This document shows positions 63,078 to 64,000 of a stretch of DNA of 64,000 bases, one piece after another. Within the stretch, counting starts at the first letter, position 1, and every line of letters starts with the position of its first letter. The stretch lies in the IMG/VR virus record IMGVR_UViG_3300042935_001404; one strand, 5' to 3'. The translations under genes were made by a program, and so were the position numbers. The DNA comes from a virus (lineage: Duplodnaviria; Caudoviricetes). The notes under the pieces were generated by a model that made no database searches, was not told where the DNA came from, and worked only from the letters and a program-made list of their open reading frames with translations.

Positions 63078-63801
63078 ACGTGGATATCTTATTCCTGCTG
63101 TTAACACAGACACAGTAGATTATGTTGCTTGCGCCGAGCAGTTGGCTGATAGTATACGAGTATGGCATCCAGATGCCAACATAACAATACTGACAAAAGA
63201 AATGTTGCCATATGGCGACTTAGGCGGCTATGCCAATGACTGGCAGGTGTTTCGTGCCAGTCCATATAGACAAACAATCAAACTAGAAGCAGACATGATT
63301 GCTGCCAGCCCTGTTGACCACTGGTGGACTCTGTTTGAGCATCGTGATGTTGTGATCAGTCAAGGTTGTAGAGACTTTTATGATCAACCTGGTACCAGTA
63401 GATATTATCGTCGACTGTTTGACGAAAACAATTTGCCAGATGTATACAACGCAATAACTTATTGGCGTTTAAGTAAAACAGCACAGGATTTTTTTAATCT
63501 AGTAGAGAAAATTTTTTCAAACTGGAGTTCCTACAAGACTTTGTTGAAGTTTCCAGAAGAAGTTCCCAGTACAGATGTGGTGTATGCTATGGCCGCACAG
63601 ATCATTGGTCCAGAACTGGTCACACTGCCCCCGGGTCTTGGTCCAACCATAGTGCATATGAAACAACATATAATCAGCACCCACACTGATGATTGGACCG
63701 AAGAACTAGTGTGGGAAAATACCGATCCGGGTGTGCGGATCAACACAGTAGCACAATGGGGACTTGTGCATTATCATAATAAAGATTGGAGATTGCTTTG
63801 A
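63061..63801 (+). CDS. Second GT-A-like protein, paralogue of the previous gene
   Basis: TTG start; DY..CA..L, SPYRQTIKLEAD, YNAITY, STD..YA, HY.NK. Confidence 0.55.
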   Translation: MPIVSERGYLIPAVNTDTVDYVACAEQLADSIRVWHPDANITILTKEMLPYGDLGGYANDWQVFRASPYRQTIKLEADMIAASPVDHWWTLFEHRDVVISQGCRDFYDQPGTSRYYRRLFDENNLPDVYNAITYWRLSKTAQDFFNLVEKIFSNWSSYKTLLKFPEEVPSTDVVYAMAAQIIGPELVTLPPGLGPTIVHMKQHIISTHTDDWTEELVWENTDPGVRINTVAQWGLVHYHNKDWRLL

Positions 63802-64000
63802 GTAAAGAAGAAGATAAATTTAAAAAAAGTAAACGTCTATTAAAAGATGAAAATGCAGTGGCCCGACAAGTTAAGATTGCTAAAGCACACGGCATGACCG
63901 ACAAAGATCTAGCAGTAAAAGAACCACACCGATTGGCCAAGCATCATGTGATGGATTGTGGTAATCCACAATGTCCATTGTGCGGTAATCCTCGCAGAAC
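63798..64000 (+). CDS. Small basic Cys/His-rich protein, truncated by the right edge
   Basis: TTGA overlap; LSKEEDKFKKSKRLL...HRLAKHHVMDCGNPQCPLCGNPRR. Confidence 0.6.
   Translation, partial: MSKEEDKFKKSKRLLKDENAVARQVKIAKAHGMTDKDLAVKEPHRLAKHHVMDCGNPQCPLCGNPRR

Noticed and set aside
1-64000. CRISPR array, DGR, integrase or IS element, tRNA genes
   Set aside because: All repeats seen are in-frame coding repeats; no spacer-repeat pattern, reverse transcriptase, recombinase or cloverleaf was recognised by eye. A tRNAscan/CRT run would confirm.
1-64000. Stop-codon reassignment as in some jumbo phages
   Set aside because: Core genes, including a 14.5-kb ORF, are intact under the standard code, and TAA, TGA and TAG all end genes at expected places.

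Overview
This 64 kb window comes from a large T4-like myovirus (Caudoviricetes); the host cannot be determined from the window. Left part, minus strand: portal gp20, an acidic core-like protein, protease gp21, scaffold gp22 and major capsid gp23, then Ser/Thr/Gly-rich virion proteins, with two glycosylation-type genes interleaved. At 13.7-18.3 kb: tape-measure-like gene, gp26/gp51-like chaperone pair and two free-standing GIY-YIG/NUMOD3 homing endonucleases. At 18.3-29.4 kb, an accessory zone: an ATE/Bpt-like transferase cassette, SGNH-like genes, three radical SAM enzymes (one fused to an SDR, one B12-type), and a ~340-nt structured intergenic RNA directly behind a minimal GIY-YIG gene. gp46, gp47 and the late sigma factor gp55 follow. 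The plus-strand baseplate/fibre module spans 31.6-61.9 kb (tube-initiator-like, gp53, hub, gp5, gp25, gp6, a 4841-aa giant protein, fibres), and a sigma70-promoted glycosyltransferase-like cluster ends the window. Top leads: (1) the ROOL-like RNA paired with the compact GIY-YIG nuclease; (2) a probable -1 ribosomal frameshift joining gp26 to a gp51-like ORF; (3) the ATE-like cassette; (4) the radical SAM cluster; (5) recurrent leaderless TAAATA-N5-ATG late genes; (6) a structured RBS-occluding leader at 6.3 kb. All family calls are motif recognition by eye; no searches were run.
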